64,000 nt of DNA from IMG/VR virus record IMGVR_UViG_3300027842_000121. One strand, written 5' to 3'. The notes beneath the pieces are model-generated. The model saw nothing but the letters and a program-made list of their open reading frames with translations, did no database searches and was not told the DNA's origin. Source of the stretch: an uncultured virus (IMG/VR IMGVR_UViG_3300027842_000121). Lineage: Duplodnaviria > Heunggongvirae > Uroviricota > Caudoviricetes. Below, in pieces: positions 35,601-45,740 of this stretch. Position numbers and translations under genes: made by a program. The stretch's first letter is position 1; every line of letters starts with the position of its first letter.

Positions 35601-37309
35601 GCCGAGCGTTCCATGCCCGGCATCACCATCTGCTCGCCCTGCTCGGTCAGCTCGGTAGCGGGCTCCCCGGCTCCTGCGGCAACTGGCCGAGGCGCTCCTG
35701 CGCCTGTTGCAGGCTCAGTGCCGACTCCCCCTGATCCAGCGCCTGCTTCCACATGCTCCTGATCTCGTCCGGCAATTCCGGGTTCTTCAACGCCGCCCTC
35801 GCCTTCGCCACCGATCTGAGCAAGGTAGTGTTGCCACCGCGCTTCCCCCTCGAACTGGTCTGCACGCTCCAGATCCTCCTCTGTTGCCGGTACTCCGCGA
35901 TAGAATTCGTCCGGCTCCCATGCATCGCCGCGCGCTTCGAACCACGCTCGCGTGCGCGCCTCGGCCTCGGCAAACGCCTGTTCATGCGCCTGCCCCATTG
36001 ACGCAATTTCGCGATCCCGCTCATCTTCCGACATGCGGTCGGCGATCGTGTCCCAGAACTGATCGCGAGACATTCCCGCCGGGTCGATCCCATGTTCCTG
36101 CGCCAGCCGATCCACCTCGGCGTTGCGCGCCATAGCGCCCTGAAAAGCCGCCACTCCCTGCGCATCAACCCCGGAATAACGAGGCCGCAAGTTGTGATCC
36201 TCAGCGACGGCATCGAGAAAGTCGTTGACCGAAGGGCGCTCGTCAGTCGGGAAATATCCGTCCTCCCATGCCTTCAAGGCAGCGTCATCGAGATTCATTC
36301 CGCTGCGATTGTTGATCAGCCCAGGCCTACCGCGCGGGCCGCCGATAGTCGTCCTGATGTCGCCGCCCGGATCTTTGACGCCGCCGTTGCGCACAATCCA
36401 CGAATTCAGCCGCTGCGGCTCGGGCGGAACGCGCTCGGCAACCTGATTTGGGCCGGTATAGCGGTCGGGCAGATCGGTGCCGCGCGAGACAATCGATTGC
36501 GCGACACCGGGATCGCTTGCCGCATCATGCGCCACCTCGGAAGGATGGACGCCATTCTGTGAATAAAGCTCCAGAAGCTTGCGTTGCACGCTCGGCGCCG
36601 CATCCTCGCCGGCAATCGCCTTTGCGGTGCTGCCGAAATCTTCAGCCTCAGGCAGCGTGCCGATCGGTACGTCTATCGCATGCCCGGCGGCGTCGACCTC
36701 GGAACGCGCCAGGATCGACGCAATCGTCGGTCGCGCCAGATCGAGCAAGCCGCCGGCCAGGGCGCCGGGAGGACCAAGCCCGGTCAATGTCGCAGCCAAC
36801 CCCGGATCGGTCGCAACCTGCAATCCGGTCTCTATCGCCTCTCCGGTCTTTGGGCCAATCTTGCGGGCGGCGCCGACAATGCCGCCCAAAGCGGCGCCCA
36901 GAAGCCGACGCAAGGCGTCAGCCGCAATCGCTACCGGCTTGTTGATTGCGTCGGTCAGAAGCCGGATCGGCCCTGGCATCCCTTGATCGGGATCGCTGAT
37001 CATCCCGACACTGCGCATCCAGGACAGCTCATCCGAACCCAAGGGCTCGGAACCAAATCCCGCCTTCGCCCCCTCGCCAAACCCTTTGGCAAGATTGTCC
37101 AACACCGGCAGGTGTGTCGCAGAGTTCAGCCGCGCAAGAAAATTCGGGGGCGGAGTGGCCGGCGGCTGAACATTGCCGTCAAGATAGCGACTGATCTCGT
37201 CATCGTTAAAGCCGGCAGTATTCATCCGCTGGCGAAATCCGGTCGACCAGTTGCCGATCTCCTCGTCGGAAAACCCCGCGGCCTTGAACCGCGAAATCAG
37301 GTCAGGCAT
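32630..37309 (-). CDS. large internal virion/ejection protein with LPD38-like C-terminal domain
   Basis: 1559 aa; YHEIPQWQRD..W..RIPKP..G, ILLENYIRGWSG; T7 gp16-equivalent position. Confidence 0.75.
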   Translation of the reverse strand: MPDLISRFKAAGFSDEEIGNWSTGFRQRMNTAGFNDDEISRYLDGNVQPPATPPPNFLARLNSATHLPVLDNLAKGFGEGAKAGFGSEPLGSDELSWMRSVGMISDPDQGMPGPIRLLTDAINKPVAIAADALRRLLGAALGGIVGAARKIGPKTGEAIETGLQVATDPGLAATLTGLGPPGALAGGLLDLARPTIASILARSEVDAAGHAIDVPIGTLPEAEDFGSTAKAIAGEDAAPSVQRKLLELYSQNGVHPSEVAHDAASDPGVAQSIVSRGTDLPDRYTGPNQVAERVPPEPQRLNSWIVRNGGVKDPGGDIRTTIGGPRGRPGLINNRSGMNLDDAALKAWEDGYFPTDERPSVNDFLDAVAEDHNLRPRYSGVDAQGVAAFQGAMARNAEVDRLAQEHGIDPAGMSRDQFWDTIADRMSEDERDREIASMGQAHEQAFAEAEARTRAWFEARGDAWEPDEFYRGVPATEEDLERADQFEGEARWQHYLAQIGGEGEGGVEEPGIAGRDQEHVEAGAGSGGVGTEPATGAGAPRPVAAGAGEPATELTEQGEQMVMPGMERSAVQAMRAREAEGGGMIRAAVPQLEPGGIFQRPETPQNELEFGPETGAISWGKKPPPAPGSFEEAQDSILSKLSIGEPGPRRPMTLSRMYTNIFEKLYPISEVTPPGTPTFRNPYRLTRLLAGLAGKIDHFLVRGTYDFNTYKINGASLQDVLDPVKDDLDGFRAFGAAARGLELEARDITTGLDSAAMRRVVREGLNKYEPVLTGLVEYQNRVAAYLRDSGVLSRDGYDVMTEANRLYVPFQRVMGDGDGFHGAGQTLQASNPIKRIAGSEREIVDPIESIIRNTASMITMAERNAAGTKLIDMLTAAGDIGFGERQPIKALELPPDPALDAALRDFLSRNGIDRSEGLLDFLHSAASQPENRGTISIFRDGTRHTYQVDPELARAWKGLDAQTAGAFEQLMRPFARTLRAGAVLTPDFAMRHTIRDYLYAAVTSPGLFSPADMARGFMGLISKDEPYWRWVQGGGANISMVTVDRRYLQEDIARLTQQTGLVTRMMNTVADPNAGWLTKGGAVVGLPFKVVGKYVLHPLQVLTELAENASHLGAYIKAERGMEEAGLEIGKPEIQEAAFASRDVAVDAARIGAKTRAYNMITAFANITLQDTDRVARAFYNNPARTSIAVGGGIVLPSALLWWAQHDDPRYHEIPQWQRDLAWIVLTNKWDDAGPANQFGPPAPGSAYRVVGDRLQINNGAIFRIPKPWGMGVVFGSGTERALEAFAAHNPEAFQHWSQSIFGVVVPQFVPTAGAPILNQWTNRDTFTNRTLVPDRMEKWLPEYQYTPYTTETTKALGKIIGAFPGVRGASISPDSPVAGGVARALTSPILLENYIRGWSGNLGMYALATADAALRKSGVLPDPPKPTAALADIPVVRAFIVRYPSATTQSIQDFEDTYARNDVFYQTWQAKAKEGDADAAARISAMGGPQMFVRLDGIKKALTEHNKLIQDIYRDPTSSPSDKRQLIDTLYFRMIELGQAGKAAMTQINQSLGEPPKP

Positions 37310-39471
37310 CAGCGCGCCGGAGCCGGCGCCAGCAGTGCCGGCGGTAATGCTCCGACACGCCGCACATAATCATCAATCGTCTCGCCCGGCTGCCGCGGCG
37401 CTATTGCGGGCGTGGGCGCCGGTGCCGCCGTCGCCGGAGCCGGCACATTGCCGCCACCAAGCCTGTTGGCGATGTTGCGCGTCGACTGCTGTAACGGCAC
37501 CTGATATTGCTTGATTACCTCGGGCGATCCAAGATAATCAGGCTTCGATGGGTTAAAAAGATCAAACGGATTCTTTCCCTCTTTCTTTTCATCTTTCTTG
37601 TACTGGTTTATCTTCTGATTGATATCCCACTGGAATCTATAAAACTGCGGGTCGCCGCTTGGATCCAACTGTCCGAGAAGCGGATTTGATTTTGTGATCG
37701 ACGATTTGAGGCCAGCGAGGAAATCCTTCTGCACCTCCGCCAGTTTTTCGCCGTCCGGCGAGCGCACATTAGTTATCTGGTCGCGCAGGAATCCGAAGTC
37801 GGCCTTTGAAAGCTGCCCTTTCGAAAAGGCATCATAGATCGGGTTCATATCGCTGATGCGCTGCGGATCACCAACCGGCCTGCGAATATCATCGAGGAGC
37901 CGCACCGTCGTTTCCTGCGACACCTTGGCAAGCGGGTCAGGCTTATCGACGCGGTCGAGATAGGAGATCATCCGCAGCTTGGCTTCCGGCGTCAGCCCCT
38001 TGTTTTGGCTGATATCCCGTGCCGTAATCGTCGGATTGGGGCTCTCCGCATCCGCAATGATCTTGTCCTCCTCCGCCTCGCTCGCGAGCTTTTGCTGGCG
38101 CTGCTGCAACTCATAAGAGCGCTGCCGATCGGTCCACTCGGCGCTGTACTGCTCACGCGCATAGGACAGAGCATCCTTCAGTTCCTGCGGATCATGGATC
38201 GTCGCCGCCAGGCGCCGCTCGGTCTCGGCAAGTCCCGGCGGTTGCGATTGAGTCACGTCGGTCAGAGGAGCAACAATGTTCGTGCCGCCCGCAAGACCTT
38301 GACGTTCGCCGATGCCCGAACGTGCCGCACCATGAAACGGCGACCAGCCACCCTCGGCCGCCCGCTTCAGAGCATAATCGATTGTCGCCGCCTCGTTCTT
38401 CGGGTCGCTCGGATCAAGCCCGGTATCGCGCTGGAAGTCTGCTCCCATCGCTCCCGGCGCCACATGCAACTGAAACGCACCAAAAGATGTCGGCTTACCG
38501 TTGACAAGATCGCCCCCGAAGGTTCCGAGTCCCTCGGACTGAGCGACCCGCACGGCCACATCGGGATCGATGCCATATTTCTGCGCCGTCCGCCGGATCA
38601 GCGGCACAACCCCACGCGGATCGGACGGAGGACCGGCAGCCGCACCGCCTGCCGGACCTGTTCCCCACACATCATTGACCGCCCGCGCACCGATTACGCG
38701 CTCGCGCAAATGCGCCTTCAGAACCGGATATCCGGCCCCCAACTCTTCACGATGTTGCTCGGCAAGCGCGTCCGCAGCCGATGGATCATGCACACCCATC
38801 GCGGTAATCTGCGAGGTCAACGCCTTCACGCGAGCATCGTCGGCCGCCGCTCTCAAAATATCAGGCGAAGCATCGGTGCCATAAAGCGTTTGCGCTCGCC
38901 GCACCGCAGCCCGCACTGCCTTGTCGGTCAGATCGGCGACAGCCGCTGGATTGTTGTAATTCGCAGCAATCCCTTGCATCGCGACCGTCTCGCCTGCGGC
39001 CTGCGTCTCGATGCTGTAGCGCTGGAATTCCTGATCGTAATGGTTATCGAGGGCGGCAAGATTGAAGGAATGCAACCGCCGCGTCTGCGCGTCGAACTCG
39101 ATCCGCGCCCGATCATTGGGCAGTTGCGCGCGGGTCTGGTCGTAAAGATCCTGCAGATTTTCCTTTGCCGGATCGATCGCATCGAGCGCGTCCTGCCCGT
39201 GCTTCATCCGCACGCCGTTGACGATTTTCTGGCTCTGATCGAGCATCCCATAGGACGCCTGATCGGCCGCCACCTGATTGTAAAGCAGCTGCCGCTGGAT
39301 CGCGGCACCCGCCAATTCGTTCCCGGCCTGTTCGAGCTGCGCTCCGCCGCGCTGCTCGGCCGCCCCGACAAGGCCGCCGAACATCGCCGGCGTCGCCTCG
39401 ATGCGCTGCAATACCTCGGGCGGCTGCTGGGGTGCGGTCGTCGGATAGGGGCGATACGGGATAACGGCCAT
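37309..39471 (-). CDS. internal virion protein with lytic transglycosylase-like domain
   Basis: AQKYGIDPDVAVRVAQSE...SFGAFQL...DP..N. Confidence 0.75.
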   Translation of the reverse strand: MAVIPYRPYPTTAPQQPPEVLQRIEATPAMFGGLVGAAEQRGGAQLEQAGNELAGAAIQRQLLYNQVAADQASYGMLDQSQKIVNGVRMKHGQDALDAIDPAKENLQDLYDQTRAQLPNDRARIEFDAQTRRLHSFNLAALDNHYDQEFQRYSIETQAAGETVAMQGIAANYNNPAAVADLTDKAVRAAVRRAQTLYGTDASPDILRAAADDARVKALTSQITAMGVHDPSAADALAEQHREELGAGYPVLKAHLRERVIGARAVNDVWGTGPAGGAAAGPPSDPRGVVPLIRRTAQKYGIDPDVAVRVAQSEGLGTFGGDLVNGKPTSFGAFQLHVAPGAMGADFQRDTGLDPSDPKNEAATIDYALKRAAEGGWSPFHGAARSGIGERQGLAGGTNIVAPLTDVTQSQPPGLAETERRLAATIHDPQELKDALSYAREQYSAEWTDRQRSYELQQRQQKLASEAEEDKIIADAESPNPTITARDISQNKGLTPEAKLRMISYLDRVDKPDPLAKVSQETTVRLLDDIRRPVGDPQRISDMNPIYDAFSKGQLSKADFGFLRDQITNVRSPDGEKLAEVQKDFLAGLKSSITKSNPLLGQLDPSGDPQFYRFQWDINQKINQYKKDEKKEGKNPFDLFNPSKPDYLGSPEVIKQYQVPLQQSTRNIANRLGGGNVPAPATAAPAPTPAIAPRQPGETIDDYVRRVGALPPALLAPAPAR

Positions 39472-40085
39472 CAGGTGCCCAGATTGGCGGGATTGCCATA
39501 AAGTTGGTTAGGGCCGGCCGAGCCGCCGAAGATCCCGGAATTCTGAAACTGGATGAACTTCGACCCCAAGTTTGAGGCACCAGAGACCAGCGAAGTTGCT
39601 ACTCCGATCGTCCCTGCCTGCCGCGCCTGCTGCGCCTCAAGCGAGAGAAGGCCCGCCTGCGCCGCTTGGCTTGTCGCCTGCGTCTGGTATCCATAAGCCT
39701 GCAAAGCCGCGTTGTGCTCGATCGTCGTCTGTTCGAGCTGCCCGATCTCACGCGCACTCGACCGCACCTCGGGCGCACTCCCGGTCGTGACATCGAGACC
39801 ACTTGCCGATTGTGCCGCAAGAATGCCGCCAAGCTGCGCCCGGTTGCGCAATCCCTGCTCGGTCGCCTGCTCCTGCCCGGTCTGCACCGCAGCTTCGGCC
39901 TGCTGCTGAGCGATGATCTGATTGTTGCGCGCGACCTGCGCCTGATAATTGGCGGTCTGCGCCTGAGCCTGCGCCTGAGTTTGTGCGCCCGCGGCACCCA
40001 TGATGCCGCCGATCGCGGTAGTAGCAAGGCTGATGCCCGCCGCGATCAAAGGAAGGGCGGGCATTAGATTGCCTCCAATTTGCAA
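39471..40085 (-). CDS. internal virion protein (T7 gp14-like)
   Basis: Hydrophobic N-terminus, Gln/Ala-rich, SASGLDV..GS. Confidence 0.75.
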   Translation of the reverse strand: MQIGGNLMPALPLIAAGISLATTAIGGIMGAAGAQTQAQAQAQTANYQAQVARNNQIIAQQQAEAAVQTGQEQATEQGLRNRAQLGGILAAQSASGLDVTTGSAPEVRSSAREIGQLEQTTIEHNAALQAYGYQTQATSQAAQAGLLSLEAQQARQAGTIGVATSLVSGASNLGSKFIQFQNSGIFGGSAGPNQLYGNPANLGT

Positions 40086-40522
40086 AGATAGAACGACCCA
40101 AGATCGCCAACCTCGATCCGATCCGGGCCAATCTTGAACCCGAGCGCCCTTACAAATTTCAGCAATCGAGGATCATCGATGGGCGCCATATCAACGATTT
40201 CGGGATAGATCGAAGCAATCTCCCGCAACTCGGATCGTGCCAGCCTGACCAGACTCACCGGCACCTTCTCGGCATGCCGCGTGATTACCAGCCAAGCCGC
40301 AGCCGTTCCGCCGATCAGGCTCTCCGCCTTCACTCCCCAAAGTGCCGCCGGCTGGCCGTCGACGCTCGCAAAGCGGCGGCGCGACGACTTGCGCCAACAC
40401 CGCATCAGCGAGGCCATCGGCGAAAGCCCGGCGATATCCATGCAACGTTTGCGGTCGCTCTCGCGCATCGCGCCCGCGACCGCGCGAAGATCGGCAAGCG
40501 TCGCCTCGCGGATCCCGATCAT
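40064..40522 (-). CDS. GNAT-fold virion-associated protein (T7 gp13-like)
   Basis: MRESDR, ALWGV, AWLV, KFVRALGF; position after tail tube B. Confidence 0.7.
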   Translation of the reverse strand: MIGIREATLADLRAVAGAMRESDRKRCMDIAGLSPMASLMRCWRKSSRRRFASVDGQPAALWGVKAESLIGGTAAAWLVITRHAEKVPVSLVRLARSELREIASIYPEIVDMAPIDDPRLLKFVRALGFKIGPDRIEVGDLGSFYLCKLEAI

Positions 40523-43464
40523 CCCGGATCGTCTCCGATATCGACTTCGCTGATCTCAGCCAGCACCGTACACGGCAGCGGATAATCCTGCTGAAAGGCG
40601 CGCTGCCCCGGCTTCACCCACTCGGCAATTATCGGCGCACGCAGATCGCCGGTAAAGAGCGGCAACGAAGTGCCGGCCATCGGATCATTCGCCGGGTCCT
40701 TGACCAGCTGCATCTCCGACCATCGCGCCGCGATCAACGGCGGTGTCGTCGAGGCGTCGAGCTGGTTCGAACCGACCTTCACTCCCCTCGCCTCGGTCAC
40801 GCGCGTCGTCACCGCAAAGACATTCTTGCGGCGCCCTTGTCCGGTAACCCCGCCCGGCACTTCGAGGTACATCGTCTGAAGCTGACACTGGAACGGCAAA
40901 CCCACCGTCACCAATGTCGCCGGGTGCGGCAATGTCACCATGCCGTCAATCACCTGCTGATTGGGCAGAGCCACGCCGTCGGCAAGGATCGCAACCGTCA
41001 TCCCTTCAAGATAATCCAATCCACCAATCACCGTTACCGGTGCTGCAATCGTCCACGCACCGGAAGGCTGCGGGATCGGCGTATTGGTCGGATCGTTGGG
41101 CATGACCTGCAAGATAGGGGCGCTGATATCGACGGTAAAATGCCGAGAGTCGGAAACGCTCGTCACCGTCATCTTCCCGCCGCCGCTGCGGATCACCTTG
41201 CCGATATCGCCCGAGCCGAACACCGGCTGCGAAGCAAAAACCGGCACCGCCATTCCCGACGCATTCTGCACTTCGAGGGTCGCGTTCGGCGTCTCGGGCG
41301 GCAGTTGCGCGCCGCAATCGACGCACCACGCATCCTCGACCCCGACCCAACTGCGATCGTCCATCCGCTCGATAAACCACTGCCGCCCCTTGCCGGGAAT
41401 CGTCCTGCCGACGACAAAATAAACCGCATCGACCGGCGGCTCGGTGACGGAGCACACCGAGGCAAAGAGCCCGTTGGTGTCGTGCCGCGCCCACGCTTGA
41501 ACCTCCTGCTCCTTCAAATAAGTGAGCGATAACAACGTGCCATTTTCGAGCACTACCCAGACAATCTTGAACGGTTCCTCGGCCCAAGCCCACTCGCGGA
41601 TTACTCCGTCCACCGCCTCGCCGGAAACCAGCGAGATACCGTTTTCCTGCGTCTTGAAAAGATGATTGGCAAAGATGGTAATGTCTGTTCCTGTATAGAT
41701 ATTGACAAAGAAATTATATTGCAAATCGCGAACAATAGACCCTTTGGCCTGCACATAGAGGATATCGTAGTTGATCTTCTGCGCTGGAATATGGTCGTGA
41801 CATCCATTAAAGGCCTGTGCCTGGGCCTGAGTGTTTGAAGGCGTGATCGGCTGCGGATTGATGGCGCCACTACTGCCGATCCCCGCGACCTGCCATGCTG
41901 CCGATCCCGTCAGAACGACAAGACCCCCCGGCATCGGCACAAGCTGCTGAATCCCGTTGACCTGTTCGCTCCACGGTGTCGCGGTAATCGCATCGCTGTC
42001 GATCGTGGGGTTCGATACGTCCATGTTTTCAAAGGCGCCGGGCTGGCTCGCATAGAGCGTATCGGGATTGTTGAGCGTGTTCCCGTAGACGCGGCGCTCC
42101 TGATAGTAAGCGACAACACTTGGGTTGTTCCCGGAAGTCGGCCCGATCACAAGGTTGGCTGCGGCTCCCGAGCCGCCGCCGCCGGTAAAAGCGATTGTAT
42201 CCCCCGGCTGAAACCCATGGCCGTGATCCTCGATCAAGATGCCGCCGACGGTATTGCCAACAAGGAAGACGGAGCCTGAAAACCCGGTTCCAGCAGCCGT
42301 CGTGATCGCGTAGCCCGGCGTACTCGTATAGCTCCCGCCGCCGGCGGTCATCTGCACTTCGAGCACCTGACCGGAATCAAACGGGTTCTGATGCAACGGC
42401 GGCGTCTTGGTAAAGTCCGGGGTGCTGTTCGTGTCGGTAAACTGCAGACCGAACACCGTTGCGATCAGCCCCCAGGGCGTGCCGATTGCAACCGCCCCAT
42501 TATAGGCCGGCGGCGAACGATAGATATTGTAGCTGCCGGCCCCATCGACCGGCAGCCACGTCAGGGTGATCGAGCCCTGCGTTGCCGCCAGATCGACCGA
42601 ATTGACCACGCTTGCGATGTTGGAACGCTGGCTTTCCTCTCCCGTCTCGATCCCGACCGCAGTCACGACATATTGGTAAGCCGTGGGGTTGGTCGTCGCC
42701 ACGACATTCGCTACCGCCGTCAGACCGGTCGGCGATGACCCGACCGAGGTGCCGATCACTGCCGGCGTCAGCGTCCAGTTGTCGGACGCGAACCGCCGCA
42801 ATTCTTGGATCGGGTAATTCGGATGCGTCAGGGTCATCACGTCTGCCGACTGCGCAAACTTCAGCATCGGCACATCGTTGATGCCGTAAGGCGTCGCGAT
42901 CTCGTAAACCCGCGTCGCCGTGCCGCCTCCCGCATAAGGGGAATACCCGGTCGCGTTGACCGCCAAATCGTAAAGGTCGTAAAGATCGAATGTGTTGGGA
43001 GCAGCATTCCCCACCAGGAACATCCGATTGTTCACCTGCGTCATGCCGGAGACGCCGGTTACAAACACCTGATCGCCGTTCGAGAAAATGTTGAGCGGAT
43101 AGGACAGGTGAGGAGGTGCCGTCTGCGTCAGACCGGTGATCGACACCCGGGAAGAGGACTGCAGGACATAGGCGCCGCGATACAGAAACCGCAGATAATG
43201 ATCGCCGAATTCCAGTACATACGCCTGATTGATGTTGAACTGGAACCTGATAATCCGCGGCGGCGGCCCGAGGCCGTTCTGCTTCAGCCGGCCACCCGAA
43301 GCGAGTGCTGTTCCCGGCCGAGAAACGGCGCCCCCGCGATAGGAGACAAAAAAATTACGGCAGGTGCTGGCCCCCACCTTGTACTTTGCGTGATCGAAAC
43401 GCCCAAAAAAATCAGGCGACAATTCCCCCGCAGCAAAGCTCGGCTGTGGAATCGGAACCGTCAT
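40519..43464 (-). CDS. tail tubular protein B (nozzle)
   Basis: QPSFAAGELSP, RPGT, AQSADV, PSVVAYYQER, AWARH. Confidence 0.9.
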   Translation of the reverse strand: MTVPIPQPSFAAGELSPDFFGRFDHAKYKVGASTCRNFFVSYRGGAVSRPGTALASGGRLKQNGLGPPPRIIRFQFNINQAYVLEFGDHYLRFLYRGAYVLQSSSRVSITGLTQTAPPHLSYPLNIFSNGDQVFVTGVSGMTQVNNRMFLVGNAAPNTFDLYDLYDLAVNATGYSPYAGGGTATRVYEIATPYGINDVPMLKFAQSADVMTLTHPNYPIQELRRFASDNWTLTPAVIGTSVGSSPTGLTAVANVVATTNPTAYQYVVTAVGIETGEESQRSNIASVVNSVDLAATQGSITLTWLPVDGAGSYNIYRSPPAYNGAVAIGTPWGLIATVFGLQFTDTNSTPDFTKTPPLHQNPFDSGQVLEVQMTAGGGSYTSTPGYAITTAAGTGFSGSVFLVGNTVGGILIEDHGHGFQPGDTIAFTGGGGSGAAANLVIGPTSGNNPSVVAYYQERRVYGNTLNNPDTLYASQPGAFENMDVSNPTIDSDAITATPWSEQVNGIQQLVPMPGGLVVLTGSAAWQVAGIGSSGAINPQPITPSNTQAQAQAFNGCHDHIPAQKINYDILYVQAKGSIVRDLQYNFFVNIYTGTDITIFANHLFKTQENGISLVSGEAVDGVIREWAWAEEPFKIVWVVLENGTLLSLTYLKEQEVQAWARHDTNGLFASVCSVTEPPVDAVYFVVGRTIPGKGRQWFIERMDDRSWVGVEDAWCVDCGAQLPPETPNATLEVQNASGMAVPVFASQPVFGSGDIGKVIRSGGGKMTVTSVSDSRHFTVDISAPILQVMPNDPTNTPIPQPSGAWTIAAPVTVIGGLDYLEGMTVAILADGVALPNQQVIDGMVTLPHPATLVTVGLPFQCQLQTMYLEVPGGVTGQGRRKNVFAVTTRVTEARGVKVGSNQLDASTTPPLIAARWSEMQLVKDPANDPMAGTSLPLFTGDLRAPIIAEWVKPGQRAFQQDYPLPCTVLAEISEVDIGDDPG

Positions 43465-43907
43465 GCCGAAAGATCGTCAGGATGGTGGGCGCGAACCGCC
43501 CGGATGATTTCGTGCAATTCCTCCTCTTCATGATCGGTGAGTGCCGCAATGTGACGCACAAGCGCCGCAACCGTTTCGTGCAATTGGCGATTGCGCTTCT
43601 CGACCCGGTTAGCCGCCGCGGCAATCAAGAAGCCGATAAAAAGCTCAGCTAATGTAGTGATAGTGTTTAATGGAAAGTTGAATTCATTGCTTGTAAACCA
43701 CGACGGCATAAAACTCTTGTTTTGCATGTCCGGGTTGAAGGCAAACAAGGCAAACCACGCGATCGTCGCCAACATCCATAGACAGATATTGATAGGCGTA
43801 CCCATACCTGTACTGACGGCATCGGCAAATCTGACAAAGATGCCGTTTTCCTTGGAGGCCCCGCGCGTTGGCCTGAAAACTTCCCGCAAGAAAGTGAAGC
43901 TGATCAA
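43461..43907 (-). CDS. DUF1003/Fet4-like small membrane protein
   Basis: RFADAVSTGMGT, two TM segments; 4-nt overlaps with both tail tube genes. Confidence 0.55.
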   Translation of the reverse strand: MISFTFLREVFRPTRGASKENGIFVRFADAVSTGMGTPINICLWMLATIAWFALFAFNPDMQNKSFMPSWFTSNEFNFPLNTITTLAELFIGFLIAAAANRVEKRNRQLHETVAALVRHIAALTDHEEEELHEIIRAVRAHHPDDLSA

Positions 43908-44791
43908 ATCAGATAACCGCCGGGGAAAACCAGACCATCATACCCAAGATAGCCCCATCCCGGCCCTCCGTCATAAAAGCCGTGTCCCATGGCGCCCCGG
44001 ATCGAGATCCAGTCCGGTTGATGATCCTGATTGTGGATTCCCTCATCCCCGTCGGTCAGCCTCGCCGAGTTGATGATGTCCGAGGCGATCTTGATATTGT
44101 CCTGCAAAAGCGCCCGGTTGCGGTTGAGTGGATTGACCAGGAACGCTCCCAGAACGTGCGAGAAGGCGTCGAGAAAAAGCTGATCCCAGAAGGTCGGATC
44201 GGTGATCCGTATCGTATAGACAAGCTGCGCCTGGCTGAGATTGGTCAGGATCACGCGCAGCGGCCCGGACTGCATGCCCGTGCCAAGAACGCCGCCGCCC
44301 GTACCCGAGCCGAAACCACCACCGCTAGAGCCTGTACCAAAGACGCCCGCAAAGTTTACCGATGGATCATAGGCCACAACAAATTTGATCCCGACCGGCC
44401 CGACCGGAATGTAAGCCGGCGGCCCGTTGAGATTGGTCATGACCGGCGGGTTGACCGGAGCGCCCGGAATCAGCGGAACAAGGTATCGAGCGCGCACACA
44501 ATCCGGCGGATAGAGATACTCGTAAGACCATGCCGCAAACGGCGTCTGGAGTTGTCCGTTCGCGTTCTCCGGCGTATTCGGCGCCGCCTTGAGCAGGGTC
44601 AGCGGCACTTGCATACGGGCAAAATTCCAAGGGGCTGCCCGCAACGTCGCGTCGCGCTTTTCTGCATAGAGAAGATTGAGCGCCTGACTCGCCGGCGAAA
44701 GATCCGGCGGCCCGATCGCAGTTATCTGATCCTGGCCGCCAATGTGCAAAAGGGCGAGATTGCAGACATCAATCTCGGTCGAGATTTGCAT
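43904..44791 (-). CDS. tail tubular protein A (adaptor)
   Basis: IDVCNLALLHIG, PWNFAR, YEYLYPPDC, WDQLFLDA. Confidence 0.88.
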   Translation of the reverse strand: MQISTEIDVCNLALLHIGGQDQITAIGPPDLSPASQALNLLYAEKRDATLRAAPWNFARMQVPLTLLKAAPNTPENANGQLQTPFAAWSYEYLYPPDCVRARYLVPLIPGAPVNPPVMTNLNGPPAYIPVGPVGIKFVVAYDPSVNFAGVFGTGSSGGGFGSGTGGGVLGTGMQSGPLRVILTNLSQAQLVYTIRITDPTFWDQLFLDAFSHVLGAFLVNPLNRNRALLQDNIKIASDIINSARLTDGDEGIHNQDHQPDWISIRGAMGHGFYDGGPGWGYLGYDGLVFPGGYLI

Positions 44792-45033
44792 CGACTACCT
44801 CGCCGAGCCACATCACACCATGAGGTGCCGACCACGAAACCGGCGTTGGCCGCACTCGAGGGTCGCGTCTGTCGAAGGGCGAGCGACCGTAATGACGCAG
44901 CGGCCGCCCCTCGCCGTTCAGCCGCTCGATGTGCGTCGCCTGCGGATCGTCGGCACCCATCTCTCAATCCTGACTTGGCGGCATTGCGACCTCGCGCAGA
45001 CGCCTCAGGTTGCGGTGTGATTCCATCAGGGCG

Positions 45034-45387
45034 TCAGGGTTTCCGCCCAGGCTCCTCAACTCGTCCTGTTCCTCCTGCACCAGAAATTCGATTTCCTGGG
45101 CCACCTGATGCAGGTGGGAGATCATGCTCATCCGGTTTTCCAGCTCGTGCCGGCGCCGGCGTTGAGCTTGGGTCAAGCCGTCCAGATGCAGGTCGAACAT
45201 TGTCATCCTTCATCGGCTGCAATATCGCGGGTTTGGAAGCCTCGGCTTTGACCGGCAGCCCCTTGTCGTCCAACTCCTCGGCATGTTTGGTCGCCGGATG
45301 ATCTTCGTCGAGCAGATGGACCGAACCCGGCTTCGCCACCGTGCCTCCGATCTCATGCGCTTCGGTCAGTCGATAATGCTTCTTCAT
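45034..45387 (-). CDS. hypothetical protein
   Basis: ATGA coupling with the upstream gene; overlaps alternative ORF 44964-45206. Confidence 0.45.
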   Translation of the reverse strand: MKKHYRLTEAHEIGGTVAKPGSVHLLDEDHPATKHAEELDDKGLPVKAEASKPAILQPMKDDNVRPASGRLDPSSTPAPARAGKPDEHDLPPASGGPGNRISGAGGTGRVEEPGRKP

Positions 45388-45740
45388 CCTGTCCTCTCGC
45401 GCATCTCCTCGCCGTAAGATTCATCTTCCATCTCGGTCGCCTCGTTCTCGACGGCAAGATTGGTGATAACCAGCTCGATCCGGCAAGTGCGACCATTCTC
45501 GCCGGCATTGATCGAAACGCTGGTCACCCTCGCAAACGCGCGCAGGTCGATCATGTCGCCGACTTCGCAATCGTCGTCGAGTTCCAGCTTTTCAAGGATC
45601 TCCTGATCGAAACACAGGCACAGCCCGGAGGGATAGTCGCCGACGCAATCGATCGGATCAAAGCCCTCTGGCGGGGCAATGATTTCCTCTTTTTCCTCGC
45701 GAGTGCGCCGCATATCGACCATCGAAGACCACGCCATCAA
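45384..45740 (-). CDS. capsid-associated (staple-like) protein
   Basis: MVDMRR, YPSGLCLC, LEKLEL, VGDMI, ARVTSVS, IELVIT. Confidence 0.6.
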   Translation of the reverse strand: MMAWSSMVDMRRTREEKEEIIAPPEGFDPIDCVGDYPSGLCLCFDQEILEKLELDDDCEVGDMIDLRAFARVTSVSINAGENGRTCRIELVITNLAVENEATEMEDESYGEEMRERTG

